Part shown: one piece after another, positions 50,530-63,100 of the stretch
How positions within the stretch are numbered: position 1 is the stretch's first letter
Layout: each line of letters opens with the position of its first letter
Assembly: GCA_963575745.1 (NCBI GenBank)
Contig: CAUYUJ010000002.1
Span: forward strand, 434,001-498,000
Length of the DNA stretch: 64,000 nucleotides
Reading direction: 5' to 3'
Source: Prorocentrum cordatum
Lineage: Eukaryota
The notes under the pieces: model-generated
What the model saw: the letters and a program-made list of their open reading frames with translations, nothing else
Told to the model about the DNA's origin: nothing
Databases searched by the model: none
Program-made: the position numbers and the translations under genes

Positions 50530-50990
50530 GTGTGCGTAGTGGGTGGTGGTGCGCGTGCGTGCGTGCGTGTGTGCGCGGTTGTGGTTGTTGTGGTGGTGGT
50601 GGTGGTGTGTATGTGTGTGTGTGCGTGTGTGCGCGTGTGCTGTGGTGTGACGTGGTGTGGCGTCTTGGTGGTGTGGTGGTGGGCCAGGCGCGTACGTGCG
50701 TGATGGTGGTGGTGGTGGTGGCGGTGGTGGTGGTGTGTGTGTGTGTGTCTGTGTGTGTGTGCGTGTGTATGTGTGTGTGTGCGTGCGTGCGTGCGTGCGT
50801 GTGTGTCTGTGTGTGCGTGCGTGTGATGTGGTGTGACGCGGTGTAACGTGGTGGTGGTGGGTGGGGTAGTGCGGTGGTGGTGGCGTTGCGCGGTGGTGGT
50901 GCGCGTGCGTGCGTGCGTGCGTTGGTGGGTGGAAGTGGCGGTGGGTGTGCGTGCGGCGGGGCGGGGCGTGGTGCGGCGCGGTGGTGGCGG
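50530..50990. repeat. (GT)n/(GTG)n/(GCGT)n compound microsatellite
   Basis: Direct inspection. Confidence 0.9.
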
Positions 50991-51904
50991 GCGGATGGGC
51001 GCGTGAGAAAGAGGCCCGCGCTGGGGCAAGAACGCCATCCTGAACGACGGAAGCAAAACACCCATCCGAAAATGAGGCCCACGCTGCAGCGGGAGCACGA
51101 TTCGGAACTATTCGGGAACAGAAATGAGGCCGGCGCCCCAGCGAAAACAGCATTTTGAAGAAAGAAAAAACGCAGGCGAAAACCCAATTCCCGGGAATCC
51201 TGTGTGTAAAAAACAGTACGCGGGGGGGGGTCGAATATTCCCAGGACGCCATCAGGGGATGAGGGAGAGTAGTATCCATATTGAGTAATTGTGGAGGGAG
51301 GGGGGGAAGGGCCGGGCCCGCGGCTCGCTACCCGGCCGCCTGCACCTAATTAGTCAGGTGCGCCTGGGCGGGCGTCAAAGCGCGCCTGGAGGGCGGCCCG
51401 CCGCGCCGCCTCCGCGCCGCCCTCGCGCGCTGCCGGGGGCAGCAGCAGGCCCGCGGCCCGCGGCGGCAGCGCTGGCGCCCAGCCTCCTCACGGGCGCGCC
51501 TCATGCAGGCCGCCCACCCTGGCCCCTGCGATGCGACGTGCGCCCGCCAGGCGCGCCCGGCGAAGAGCGCGCGGGCCGCGGCGGCGGGGCTCGGGCGCGG
51601 CGCTGCCGGCAGCGCCCGCCGCGCGGCAGCTGCCGCGACGGCAGCGTCGTCGCCCACGCGGGGTTCGCGGCGCCGCTGTCCTGGCGCGGCCCACCGGCGC
51701 CGGACGCGCGGCGGCGCATGGCCGGAGCTGCCGTGGTTGGCCTTCAGCGCCTCCAGCTCGACCGCGGCCAGCATCGCCTGCAGTGTCCGGAGGGCGCGCA
51801 GCGTGACCCCTCGGGCTTGCACCGGGGCCGCCGTCGGCCGCCGCGCGGCAGCCGCTTCCCCTGCCAGCCGGTCCGCGGCGGCGTTGCCTTGCGGACATAC
51901 CCTT

Positions 51905-53623
51905 CTAGATTGAAACCGGGAAAAACTTGTTCGAGGGATGCTTGTATCGCCGTGGAAATTTTCCAGGGCCTGAGCACGGAATCCTTGGACATCCTTGCCG
52001 AGCTTTTTGCGCTATGCCTGCCGAGTCGTCCCAGCGCAACCCAGGACCATATTTTCAACAGGCATCAGGTCACCTTTCTTGCGAAGTTCTTCGGGGCTTG
52101 CCGCATGGCGGGTTTCGGGCTGATCGCGCTGCTGTCCAGTTTGCTGAAACTGCGATCGATGTGCCTGAGTGAGCTCATCGATCTTAGCTCGATGCCACCA
52201 TCGCGTTAGCAGTTTGCCCTCCGACGAGACTTTCAAGCGCGCGAGGTGGTGGCTACCACCCTTTCATTGTTCGAGAGGGCTTTGGAGTCTCGTGAACCAC
52301 AATACCTTGTGGAGGGATACCTACACAAAGCTTATGCTCATGTTAGACGCACTCACAGCGCACGCAATCATGAGAGGAGAGAAATACCCCGTGCCTCGAC
52401 TGCTGCATGGCTCCGAGAGCTTCGAGCCGCTCGGTCTGAGCTTCTTTCTCCCAGCGCGGCCCCGACTAGACCTTTTTCGAGAGTCGGACTTTTCTTTCAA
52501 GGATATCCTGAATCACCTACGCGGTTTAACTTTTTTCCTGGGCGATCCGATAACTGAGTTCAGTGATTTACGCGAGAAACAGAACTGGGGATGCCCTTTG
52601 GGGCCCGAGGGCCTGGCCATTGTGCGGCAACCGTCTAAGCGACGAAAACAGGATCTAGAGATCGAGCGACTGCCACTTTTTGTTGCCGCTGCCAATTTTT
52701 ACCTGTTCGCCAGTTCGCCCGCGATGTTGGTCGCGACGTGGGAGTCCCGGCATCGGACCTTGCAGGAGTTTCGATGCGCGGTCCAGCTCCAGGACTTGAA
52801 GTAGACAACAACCGCCGCTGATACCGCAGCTACGATGCATATCGGGCTGGGGCTGGTGTCGAGAATCCCGCGGGCAGAGGGTTTCAGAATGCTAGGAGCT
52901 TGGGTAACGATGGACAGCTGTGCGTCAACGGCTGTCCGCCGAGGTATTTGCAGGGCCTGGGCTGCTTGGGCCAAACACAGCGGTGTTGTGCAATGAGAAG
53001 ACCAACCTGGGGAAACGCCTGGGTCTCTTGGATTCCGCTGTCGCCAAGCTGCGTTAAATTATTGCGGGGCCGGAACTTGACGAGACAGCACTTGAGCGTG
53101 TTGACAGCAGCCCAGACCAGGAAGCTTCGGCACATGATCGGCCTGCGGAAGCACGGTGGCGAGCCGATGCGATCTGATATGTTCCGTTCACACCGTTCAC
53201 TTCGCAAACAGGTGATAAAAAAGTGACCACGTGGGATGATCACGTCCTGGTGTTGGGTCATCGTTGTGCTGGGCACGTCGCTAGGATGCAAACTTAAGAC
53301 CCGAAGATAATTTCTAACCTCGCTCTGAAGTGCAACTACTATTCGTACTTACAGCTCTGAGGAGGACCTTGGGGATCCAAAGGCACCATGATAATTTTCA
53401 TATGTGGAGATGGGAGAAACAGTTTTACCAGCATTATGGGACTGAGTGGGCAGTCGCCTGGGATTCCAAACGATGGCGCGAATCCCAAGAACATTGGCTC
53501 TACGGGGTAAAATCATATTTCGGAGGTTTCACCAAGAAGGCAAAAAAGGATCCCGACCACAATTGGACCATGTTGAGTTTCAAGCACTACGCACTGCTGG
53601 CTTCTGAGATGAGTTTCCTTTAG
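51905..53623 (+). pseudogene. Degenerate non-LTR reverse transcriptase and C-terminal region
   Basis: RT motifs in the correct order across frameshifts: LKPGKTCSRDACIAVE; FLAK...FGLIALLSSLLKL; LHKAYAHV; WGCPLGP; FVAAANFYLFASS; FRMLGAWVT; C-terminal WAVAWDSKRW. Confidence 0.75.
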
Positions 53624-53806
53624 TAGATGCAACAGAATTGTCTCATGGATCGACCCGGTGGTGAGTTTTGATTTTTGGTCCGTCCCCGACGCCCCCACTA
53701 CGCCTGTGCAGCCACAGGCAACCCCTTTCGCTTAGCATGATATAGGATATAGACGGCCAGGACTTCAGCGTCACTCAGAGGCTGCGTGATGATGCTGATG
53801 ATGTCG

Positions 53807-53883
<77 letters not shown>

Positions 53884-54741
53884 TCGGTCGTCTCAGTTGT
53901 CTCAGTCGTCGGCTTAGTCGTCGTCTCAGTCGGCGTCGTCGTAGTTGTGTTCGTCGTCGCCGTGGAGTCGCCAAGTCGTCGGCAAATCGTCGTCAAGCAA
54001 GGCGTCGTTCTCGTCGAGCCGAGCCGAGCCGATCCAATTCCAGATCTGGCCGTCGGGTCGTCCTCGCCCTCGTTCCCCCCCCACTTCCCCCCCCCTCCCT
54101 TCTTCCCCCTTCTCCGCGCGCCCCCCCCCGCTCCTTCTTAATCCCACTCCCGCCCGCATCTGCCCCGGGAGGGGCCATCGTCCCGCTGGGCTCGGCCGGC
54201 CCAATCCCCAACCATAACCCCTTTTCGTCGTGGTGCTCGCCCTCGCCCCCCCCCCTCTCTTCGTCGAAGGCTTCTCCCCCTCCATTGCCTTGTCCACTTG
54301 TCCGCCGCCTTCCCCTCGCCCTTGCGCCCCCGTTTGCACGGCTCCAGGAACTGCGTTCGCGCCGCGATCCAGAAGATGGGGGGGGAAAAAGGAGAGAGCA
54401 CGACGAAGACGACGACCACGATCCTTTCCTTCCTTCCTTGCCAGCTCCTGCAGTTGTTCCTCGTCCTTCCGCCTGCTGGTTCGTCCTTCTCTTGCTGCCT
54501 CCCCCGCCAAGTCTTCGTTCTGCCAGTCTATCCCCATGCAACAAGAACGAGGCCTGTTCAGATCAGGAGAGGAGGGGAAGCAAAACGTTTCCTCCTCCTC
54601 GTATGCTCCTTCTCCCCACCAGGTCCTCCTCTTCCTCCTCCTCCTCCTCCTCCTCCTCCTCCTCCTCCTCCTCCTCCTCCTCCTGTTCGTCACCCTCGTC
54701 CTCTCCCTCTTCCCCTCGTCCTCAGCACCTCCTTTTCCTAG

Positions 54742-54893
54742 GCGACGGTGGCGTCGTGCTGTCCAACCGACCCGGCACCGTGCTGGTGCTGCCGCTGCGG
54801 CTGCTTGCCGGCGCGGCGGGCGCGCTCGTGGGGGAGCTGCGGTCGGGTCCGTTCCACGACCAGGAGTGCCCCGCGCTTTGCTCGCACCTCGCG
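54742..54893 (+). CDS. Candidate exon (DGGVVLSNRPGTVLVLPLRLLAGAAGALVGELRSGPFHDQECPALCSHLA)
   Basis: Pyrimidine tract plus TAG acceptor, GC3-rich codons, island between repeats. Confidence 0.4.
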
Positions 54894-56246
54894 GCTGTGG
54901 AGAGGAGGAGGGATCACCGAGCGCATTCCACTACTCGCAAGGTGCCCTGTTTAATTTCATCTGACACACATGCTCGCCCCGATGTCGTGGATCTTGAATC
55001 CACCGCGGCGGATCGGGGCCATTCGCGAGCAGGTGCTCTGCGAGTGGTGGAACGTGCTTGTCTGAAGGAGAGAGGTGGACGACGAGCGTCGTGGTCGTCT
55101 TGGTCTTTGTCGTCGAGATTGTCGCCATTTGAGGGGGAGGGAGGAGGAATGAGGGGTAAGTGGGTAGGAGGGAGAGGGAAAGGGAGTAAAACCGGCGCAG
55201 GAGAGGGAGATGGTAGAGAAGCAAGCTAGGCGCGCTCTCGCCACATCCGGTCTCCTACCCCTCCCACTCATCCCGTCCCATTGCGTAATTGTTTCGTTTC
55301 TATCCGTGGACTAGTGTCATAGTGGATCTGGGACTCCCAGAGATCCCATCGTGCTGTGCGCAATCGGAAAATCGAGTTGAGCAGGAGGAAATGACAAAGG
55401 ATGAGGAGAAGGAGGAGGACGAGGACGAACAGCAGCAGCAGGAATTTGAGTGGAAGGAGCGGGAGGAACAGGAGAACCATGGGAAAGTGGGGGATTCGAA
55501 AGGAGTGGAGCGAAAACGATGAGGAAGGATTCAGATGCAGAAAAGTGCCCCGTGCTTTGACAAGAGCGCCAGTCTGAAGGACGCGAGCAAAGCGCCGATC
55601 CGAAAATGAGGCTAGCGCTGAAGTGGGAAAACCAATTGTATACACGGCAAACAGTCGGTGTGAAACAATGCCAATGCCAGAAGAGAAACAACACCACAGT
55701 TGCTCAATCCTGTGTCTGAAAACAGTGCGCAGAGAGGGCGAGATATCTTCTGGACAGAGTCAGGAGGGAGAGGACAGTAGTATTCATAATGTGTAATTGT
55801 AGAAGGAGGAGGCCGGAGCGAGGAAAAGGAAAGAGAGTCGGAGGAGGACGGAGGATGAGTAGGAGGAGGAGGAGGAAGAGGGAGGGGGGTGGGGGACACA
55901 GGGGCGAAGGAATCATAACAGGGAAAAACACATAACCCCCCCGCGGCATCGGCCGCCCACCGAGTTTGTCAAGTTTCTTTGCTTTTGCCTTTTTTTCCTT
56001 GTCCTTGTCCTTCTCCTCGCCCAGCCTTACCTTGTCCTCGGTCCTGGGGAGACCGGCCAGGGAAACAGGCCTTGCAGAACGTACAGGTCCTGCGGGGGCT
56101 GGAGATGTATCCAAGAGACGGTACCAGCATCGCAGCAGGCAGAGCACACAAGATATGGAGGAATTCGCACGCGGGGCCGCGCGTCGCCCCAACTTGGCCG
56201 CTTGGCCGCTTTTTGAGCAGAGGTTGGGAAGTTAAAGAGCAGGCCC

Positions 56247-56268
56247 CTTGAGCCGAAATGGCTACGGA
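56247..56268 (-). other. Near-exact DinoSL (21/22)
   Basis: Reverse complement reads TCCGTAGCCATTTCGGCTCAAG. It abuts a (CTC)n tract upstream (56269-56313) and heads about 340 bp of non-repetitive sequence ending near another GAG/CTC tract (~55860-55890). Confidence 0.9.
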
Positions 56269-56779
56269 AGAGGAGGATAAGGACGAGGAGGAGGAGGAGG
56301 AGGAGGAGGAGGAGTCTTCGATTTGCATCGGTGTCCTTGTCCAGCTAACTAAAGCCGACTGCTCGTGGACACCGCAGAGCCTGGAACTGTCCAGGGGGCC
56401 TTTGGAACCAGTGGGAACGCATGGCCAGGTGCCGCTGCCAGTGCGCGCGCAGGCCTGGCTGTGGCACCATGGCGCGGGAGTAGCTCAAAACCTGTTGCGA
56501 GATTCTTCCCGCGACCTAATGTGCCTGTGCAAGGCCTCAAGCCTTTCTTCCCAGGTTTGTGTGCTCAAGGAACGGAGGAAGGACAAGGAGTGAACCGAGG
56601 ACGAGCGAGGAGGAGACAAGGAGGAGGGGATTAAAACCTGGTCTAAACTATTTGCTGCTCTTCTGGAAGCCATTCTACTATTACTATTCATTTGCTGCTG
56701 CTGCATCTGCTGCGGCTCACTGTCAGTGCTTCTGCTCTGCCTGCTGTCGCTCACTCCGCTCACTTCTTCCGCTCCATCG

Positions 56780-57660
56780 AGTGCGCTTACCCCCCGATCG
56801 GGTCATTGCTTGGCTCCTTCTGAAGCCCCATGTCCCCGGGAAACACGACGAGGCGAGTGATGGCGACTAGCGTGAACTCGAGGGGGTGATACTTGTGCTG
56901 GTCGACCTCTGGCTCCCGCTCCATGAATACTGCTACTGGCCAGTGTCCCTCGACCTGACAGGAGAGGCGAGCTGTGGGGGCGTTGCGTGCCTTGGATCTT
57001 CCCTCGCACGTGATGCACCAGTTCTCGAGATCTGCGGGACTGAGCTCCTGCCTTGAGGCGTCCTGGCGCTTGTTGGCGGCGAATATGCACTGTATCAGAT
57101 TGTTTGTTTTGTCCCTCAACATGGTGGCCTGGCTGGTCATCAGCGATTCCGCGGCGTGCAGATGTGGGGATCCGTACTCGTGTCCTGCGCTCTCGGCCTT
57201 GACAAGCCCCTCGTGCGTGGTGGTGGCCCCTCTCATGCCCCCAAAAAACAGGTTGGCCCGATGGGCCTTTGGAGCCCGACGCCTCTCTCTCCCTCATGCG
57301 AGCTTCTAATTGCAGTTGATATTCATGACTGCCTCCTGCGTTGCCAGATCCATTGTCCTTCTTGGTGCTCTGGGTTTGTCCTCCTCGATCTGTTGAGCTG
57401 ATGCCAGCTACTGCAACATCTATCGTAATAGCATGATTATCAACGTTTGGCAAACTATGCGTGTTTGTCAGATGGTCATCCAGCAGCTCTGGTGTCTGAG
57501 CAATGAAAGGGCAAAGCGGACATGCAACTACGTTGTGCTCTATTCTGCGCGGGGCACAGACTGAACAATCTGTCACACACCTGCGATGCAACGTGGCTGC
57601 TGCTAAGTGCCACCGTGCCACCGTGCCGTGTCTCTGCCTGCAAACGTGCTGTGACATAAA
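56780..57660 (-). pseudogene. Decayed retroelement-like coding remnants incl. C2H2 zinc finger
   Basis: CPLCPFIAQTPELLDDHLTNTH (C2H2) at ~57460-57530, and a protein-like ORF 56787-57236 (HEYGSPHLH). Confidence 0.35.
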
Positions 57661-58668
57661 ATACAGTGATCAGAGATGGCGGCAGCAAACGGAATTCTAC
57701 TCGTGGCGCACACGCTCTGCGGGGTGGCTTCTGCGTCATCTCTGTCTCCCGCACACACTCGAAGGAGGATGAGCAGGAAGAGGAAGAGGAGGTGGAGGAG
57801 GAGGAAGTGAGTGAGGAATTTGTTGTGGAGGAGGAAGAAGAGGAGGCACGAGGAGGAAGAGGAAGCGAATGCGGGAGAGAAGGAGGAGGGTGAGGAGGAG
57901 GAGGATAATAAGAAGCAGGAGGAGGGGAAAACAGGGGTGAGGAAGAGTAAGTGGAGGAAGGAGGACGACGACGAGACGAGGACGTGCTGCCCATGATGCT
58001 ATCTCACAGGGCTCCTCTTGGGAGCGGCTCCGCGTGACGTCCGCGCGCACATCCTCCCCCTCTTCCGCCCTTGTGGTCGCAATAGTCGTCGTCGTCCTCC
58101 TGCAGCTCCTCTTCCTCTAATCTCCTCCTTCCTCCCTCTCCTCCGCTTCCACGCTTCTTCTCTCTCTTCCTCATCCCGCCTCCTTCCTCTTCCTTTTCCC
58201 CTCCCTTCATCCTCCTCTTCCGTCCTCGACGTCCTCCTCCTCCAGGCCTCACAGACAGTGAGGAGGCCAATCCATAAGTTCCCGCAGGGGTCTCACAAGC
58301 GATCTAGTTGAGAGGAGCTTTGACCCCCCAGCGCCTGCCTTGCCTTGCCTTGCCTTGCCTCCTCCTCCTCCTCCTCCTCCTCCTCCTTCTGTTCCTCTTT
58401 TCTCATCCGTGCTTAGTTTGCCGTCAGGCCAGAGTACTGTAAAAGTCCTTGCTGCCGCGGCCAATCGGTGCAGCCTTGGCACCCTGTTGCACCTCCAGGG
58501 GTCCGCAGAGGGTGGCCCGTCCGCCCCTGCCGTTTGTCCCTCTTCCCCGCTGGGGGAGATCACAAAGTGCAGCTTGGGGTGCTGCGGTGCTGCTGGACAG
58601 GCCCGCCCGGTTTCAGCAGCACTTCAGCGCGGGGGCCGTTCTCGCGGCGATTTGCGAGGTGTACCGCC

Positions 58669-58896
58669 AAGGACCGACCACAACGCTGTTTAGCTTGGTT
58701 TGGGCCCTTGTTGTGTTGTTCGTTTCGTTTTTCATTGTTGTTTCGTTTCGTTATTCGTTGTTGTTTTAATCGCCCCCGTTCGTCGTTTGTTTTCGTTTGG
58801 CTCCAGCTTCGTTTTGAACGTTTTGAACGTTGGGCCTCGTTTCGTCGTCCGTCGTAAACGCAATTTCGTTTTAAACATCGTTGTGGTCGGTTCCTT
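58669..58896. mobile_element. MITE with 9-bp TSD (Mutator-like)
   Basis: TGTACCGCC duplicated at 58660-58668 and 58897-58905. TIR AAGGACCGACCACAACG ... CGTTGTGGTCGGTTCCTT. Confidence 0.85.
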
Positions 58897-59696
58897 TGTA
58901 CCGCCGGTGACCTTCCGGAGGCGAGTTTTGACCCCCGGCTCTCGCCTTGCCCCCTCCTGACAGCAGCGCCCATCGCCGCGGGCACATGGTCGCTGTGCTT
59001 AGGGGCTGTTTGGCGCTGGGCAACGCTCCGTGTCCTCTTCGTCCCAGGCGTGACGTTCCCGAAGCTTCTTGCGCCGTTCTGGCGCATGCTGTAGGGGCGG
59101 TCCCTGGCTGTTTGCTCCTTTCACTTGGCTTCCTCCGTAAGGCACAGCGTTGCCTGCGCGATCGGGAGTTAGCCAGGGAAAGAACGCCGGAGGTCAGGTC
59201 CCAGCCTGTGCCTGCGTCACCCCTTTGAGTTCGTGGTCCATGTTGTTGGCCAATTGGTTTGGGCATGGTTGATTTCCAAGCTTCTGGCTTGCCAAGTGTA
59301 GCCCAAGGGTTGCAATTTTGTTGGGCAGCTCGTTGAGCGCTACGTTATGCTCTGCCTTTTTGAGCCTGTGGCATGTACCCTTATTGATTGTTATTCCCCC
59401 CTCCACCCACCGCCTTTCGTTCCGACAGAATCGCATGACGGGCTGTTTTCGGCAGTTCTTCGTCAGGCAGCAATTCGAGATCAAAAACGGGTCTTGGTGA
59501 GGGGGTCTACGTATAGTATACGTTCGGGGGGTCGACGTTGTGGAAACAAGAAAACATGAGATCGGAGATCTGGGATTCCCCCGTATTCCGCCTCCTTTCT
59601 TATCCGTCTTCCCCTCCCTTCGCCCTCCTTCTCCCCTCGTTTTCGTCGATATCGTTGTAATCCCCCTGTGCCTTCTCCTCCTCCTCCTCCTCCTCC

Positions 59697-59741
<45 letters not shown>

Positions 59742-60185
59742 CCCTTGTCCATTCCTCTCTCCCTCTCTTTCCTCTCCCCATGTCTTCCCTCCCTACTTCA
59801 TCGCCCCTCCTTCCCCTCGCGCTCCTCTCCCTCCCCCCCCCCCACTCCCGCCCTCCCTCCCTCCTCCCCCCCCCCGTCCTCCCTCCTCCCCCCTCCCCTC
59901 CCCTCCCCCCTCCTTCGCCTCCTCCCTCCATCACGCCATTTGCGCCTAGGCGGCCTGGCGCTGGCCGCGCCGACAGCCAGCGCAGCCGGCCCGCGGGGCC
60001 AGGCGCTGCGCGCACAGAACCAGCCTGGCATCGTCGACAACGACTTCGGCGAGGACCCTCCTAAGGGCCGCAGCTGCTGTACGCCTCCTTCGTCTGCATC
60101 ACAGCTCGATGTCGACGCAGGGCGGCCGAGGCCGCGGGCGTGGAGGAGGGAGGCACCAAGGCTTCGGCGGCGGGCATCGTCCCCC

Positions 60186-63100
60186 ATGGGTGCCTCCGCC
60201 ACCCCCTAGCTGGTGGCGTGACCACTGTGAGCAGCTGAGCCCGCCCGGCGCACTGTTGTGCCAGCGCTGCTATCTTGGTCCAGTCGGAGGTGGGCCGCGA
60301 TCCCATGACCAGCAGCAGCAGCAGCAGCAACGGCAGCAGCAGCAGCGGCCGCCACGACGTGCCAGATCGTTGCAGGACGAGCGAGCTGAGGCGCCCCACA
60401 GGCGGCGCTCGAGCTCGCGCCGCCGTCGCCGCGAGGCAGATGATCGAGACAGCCCACGGCCCCGCTCAACTTCGAGGGCGCGCTTCGAGGACGAACCCGA
60501 CGGTGAGCCGACGGCGTCTGACGGCGACGACGACATCAGGCACCCCGCCCTCGGCATCCTCCCCGCGCTGCCTCAGGATGCGCGTGCTCGCCCCTCGTGC
60601 GTCGAGCCGCCGTCCGACGCGGGCGACCGCGACCTGGCCGCCCACCGCAAGACGTTGCGTGAGATGGCGGCTGCGACGGGTCGCAGACTCCAGGCCGCCA
60701 TCAACCTCGGAATGGACGAGGCGCGGCTAGCCGCTCGAGTCTGCGGTCCAGCTATGCATGATCATCATTGCGAAAGCCCCAGGTGATCGGTGTGACCGAC
60801 AACGGGCGCACGTCCAGCATGCTCAGACGAAGGCTGGACAAAGCCAAGGATGCTCGCGAGAAGACCCGCGTACACTTCGAGGAGACCGACCGCGAGTGCA
60901 TTCAACGGGAGCGGGAGCCTGCCCATGCACAGGTGCTGCTCGACCAGCCAGAGGGGTTGCGGCCGCCACCCAGCACGTCCGACGACGTTGGCATGGGCAG
61001 CAGCGGTCCGCCAACCCCACCAGCGGATGGCGGCACCGCGACTCCCACGGCGCCAGGGGCGCCGCAGGTAGGGGCACAGACGCAGCCGCAGCTGGCCGCC
61101 ATCGCCGAGCTGCGGAGCGGACAGGCCGCGCTGACGCAGCAGTTCTCGCCCCTGACGGCGATGCTGGCGACGCTGCAGTCGGCGATGACGACAGCGCGCT
61201 CGCCCCCTGCGCCGCCGACGGCCGCCGCGGGCGGGGCGCCGCTGCCGCTCGCATGCCAGCCGCAGCGGGTAGCGCCCGAGCAGGCGGCAGGCGCCCCCAC
61301 CACCGCAGGCGCGCCAGTAGGAACAGGGGGCGGAGCCGCAGCGGAGGCGACAGCGGCCGGAGGTGCCCCAGCCCATGACGTTCCCGTGGGCGCTGGCGAT
61401 CCTGCCGCGAAGGCGCTGCGCAGGCGCTGCGCAGGCGCGCGGCCGAGGCTCGGCGAGCCGAGTAGGAGCAGGACCGCGCGCGACGGCCTGCCAGCCAGCC
61501 TCGCCCCGCCGAGGCCATCGCCCGCCAGCGGGCAGTCAGCCATCGCGGTCGCGGCGCCGAACCACCTGAACCAGCGGGCCGCGCGCGCGTCGCAGAAGAA
61601 GTTGGCGGCGAGGCGGCTGCGGCGGCCGCCAGGCGCACCAGGCGCAGCCGCGACCGCAGCCCGAGGAGGCCGGGCGGCTTCGAGGTGGTCGGTGGAGGCG
61701 ACGCTTGCGAGTCCACAGATGATGCACCGGCGCCGTCGATGCTGGGGTGACGTTTCGCGACGGGCAAGCTGAGGTGGGTGAGATGCCAGCGCTATCTCGC
61801 AGCTTGCCCGAAGCTGACAGCACAGCCGACGCGAACGCGCCACCCTCTGCTCACAGTGCCGATGAGCCCAGCTGCCCTGTCTGCCTTTTGCCAGACTGCA
61901 GTTCTCTGGCCAGGCGTATTTGCCAGCCCTGGCCCAGCAGTCACACCCCCGCTCCACTCTTCCTTGGGCCTCATCAGGGCCCAGAGCATCGCATATTCCA
62001 GCCCTGCCTTCAGTAGTGCGGTCAAGTTTTCGAAACCCACGGAGCCCCCCTCCCCGAGGATTTTCAGCCAGCCCGGTTCGATATTCATACGGATGGTTCT
62101 GGAGGTTCCCGCTCCAAGGACGCAGGTGGACCACCGTCTGGGGCATGGGTTTTATTTTCAGTTACACGTAACGAATACCATGCAATCCATGGGTACATAT
62201 GCGAACTAGATCCTACTCGTTCCGGCGCAGTTGCCAGTATACATGGTAGTCGCGTCATCAGCAGATGCACGTGGCATGGGTTGCGTGGCTCTGCGGGTGC
62301 ATGGTCGGCATGAGCACGCGCGTGGGCACGTACTTGCACGACAGCATATACGTGTTATCAACTATTCGGCACGACACCTACTGGTGGCGATCTGCGCGCC
62401 GCACCTGTGCGTTGATGTGCTTGATGCAGCGCGCTCACGACGAACACTAGACGAGATCCACTCATGGCGGGGTGAAATCGAGAGGGGCGTCCGTCAGCGA
62501 GCCCAGCCAGCCCCCCGATGCTGTCTCTTGGATGCAACCGCGTCAGTGGGCTCACCAGTTTCAGAGCACGTTGGCGATGTTGCTGCCGAGCCCGAGACCC
62601 CAGCAGGTCAGAGATTGCACGGCTTCTTCCGGAGCACCGAACAGTGCGCGCAAACGACGTTCTTGCCGTCCACTGCTGGGGTCCACGGTACATGGCTGGC
62701 TCCAAATCAACAAGGACTTGATCCTCATCACCGCATAGACTACACCTCGATGCCAGCAGGGCAGCTCGATGCCGTTGCGCAGCAGAGCGCTGCGGTAGAC
62801 ATGGATTTGTCTTTACGCTCAGACGACCACTTCGTGGTCACGGCGCATGCAATCATCCCTGGGATGGCGCGCAGTACGAACGTGCACACACATTCGACAA
62901 AGCTTAAGCTCGATGAGGCCAAGCTCGTCGACCCCACCCGCCAGGGGGGCTTCTGTGGATGCCCTACGGGTGGTGCCCCAACCCCATTTCACCACCCATC
63001 CCGACGAACGCGCAGAGCATCTCAATGCTCATCTCCTGCAGGCGGCCAAGTGCGCCCTCCCGCCGGCCGAGTCTGCCAGCGGTCGCACGTCGCGAAACAC

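Larger units (their letters stand above)
46912..53700 (+). mobile_element. Decayed, probably full-length LINE (ORF1 coiled coil - APE remnant - RT) broken by later insertions
   Basis: SL-like head. ORF1-like coil LQSKYDRCIGNINNTSKTVTDLNNDFIDLTARVSVLENGG (~47260-47380). Weak endonuclease remnants at ~47800-48188 and 49855-50050 (ESSHKAI). RT remnants at 51905-53620. The continuity of these pieces is inferred. Confidence 0.45.

Noticed and set aside
59935..59950. Relict SL heading the LINE at 60 kb (GCCATTTGCGCCTAGG)
   Set aside because: Too many mismatches, and the TAG could equally be a splice acceptor.
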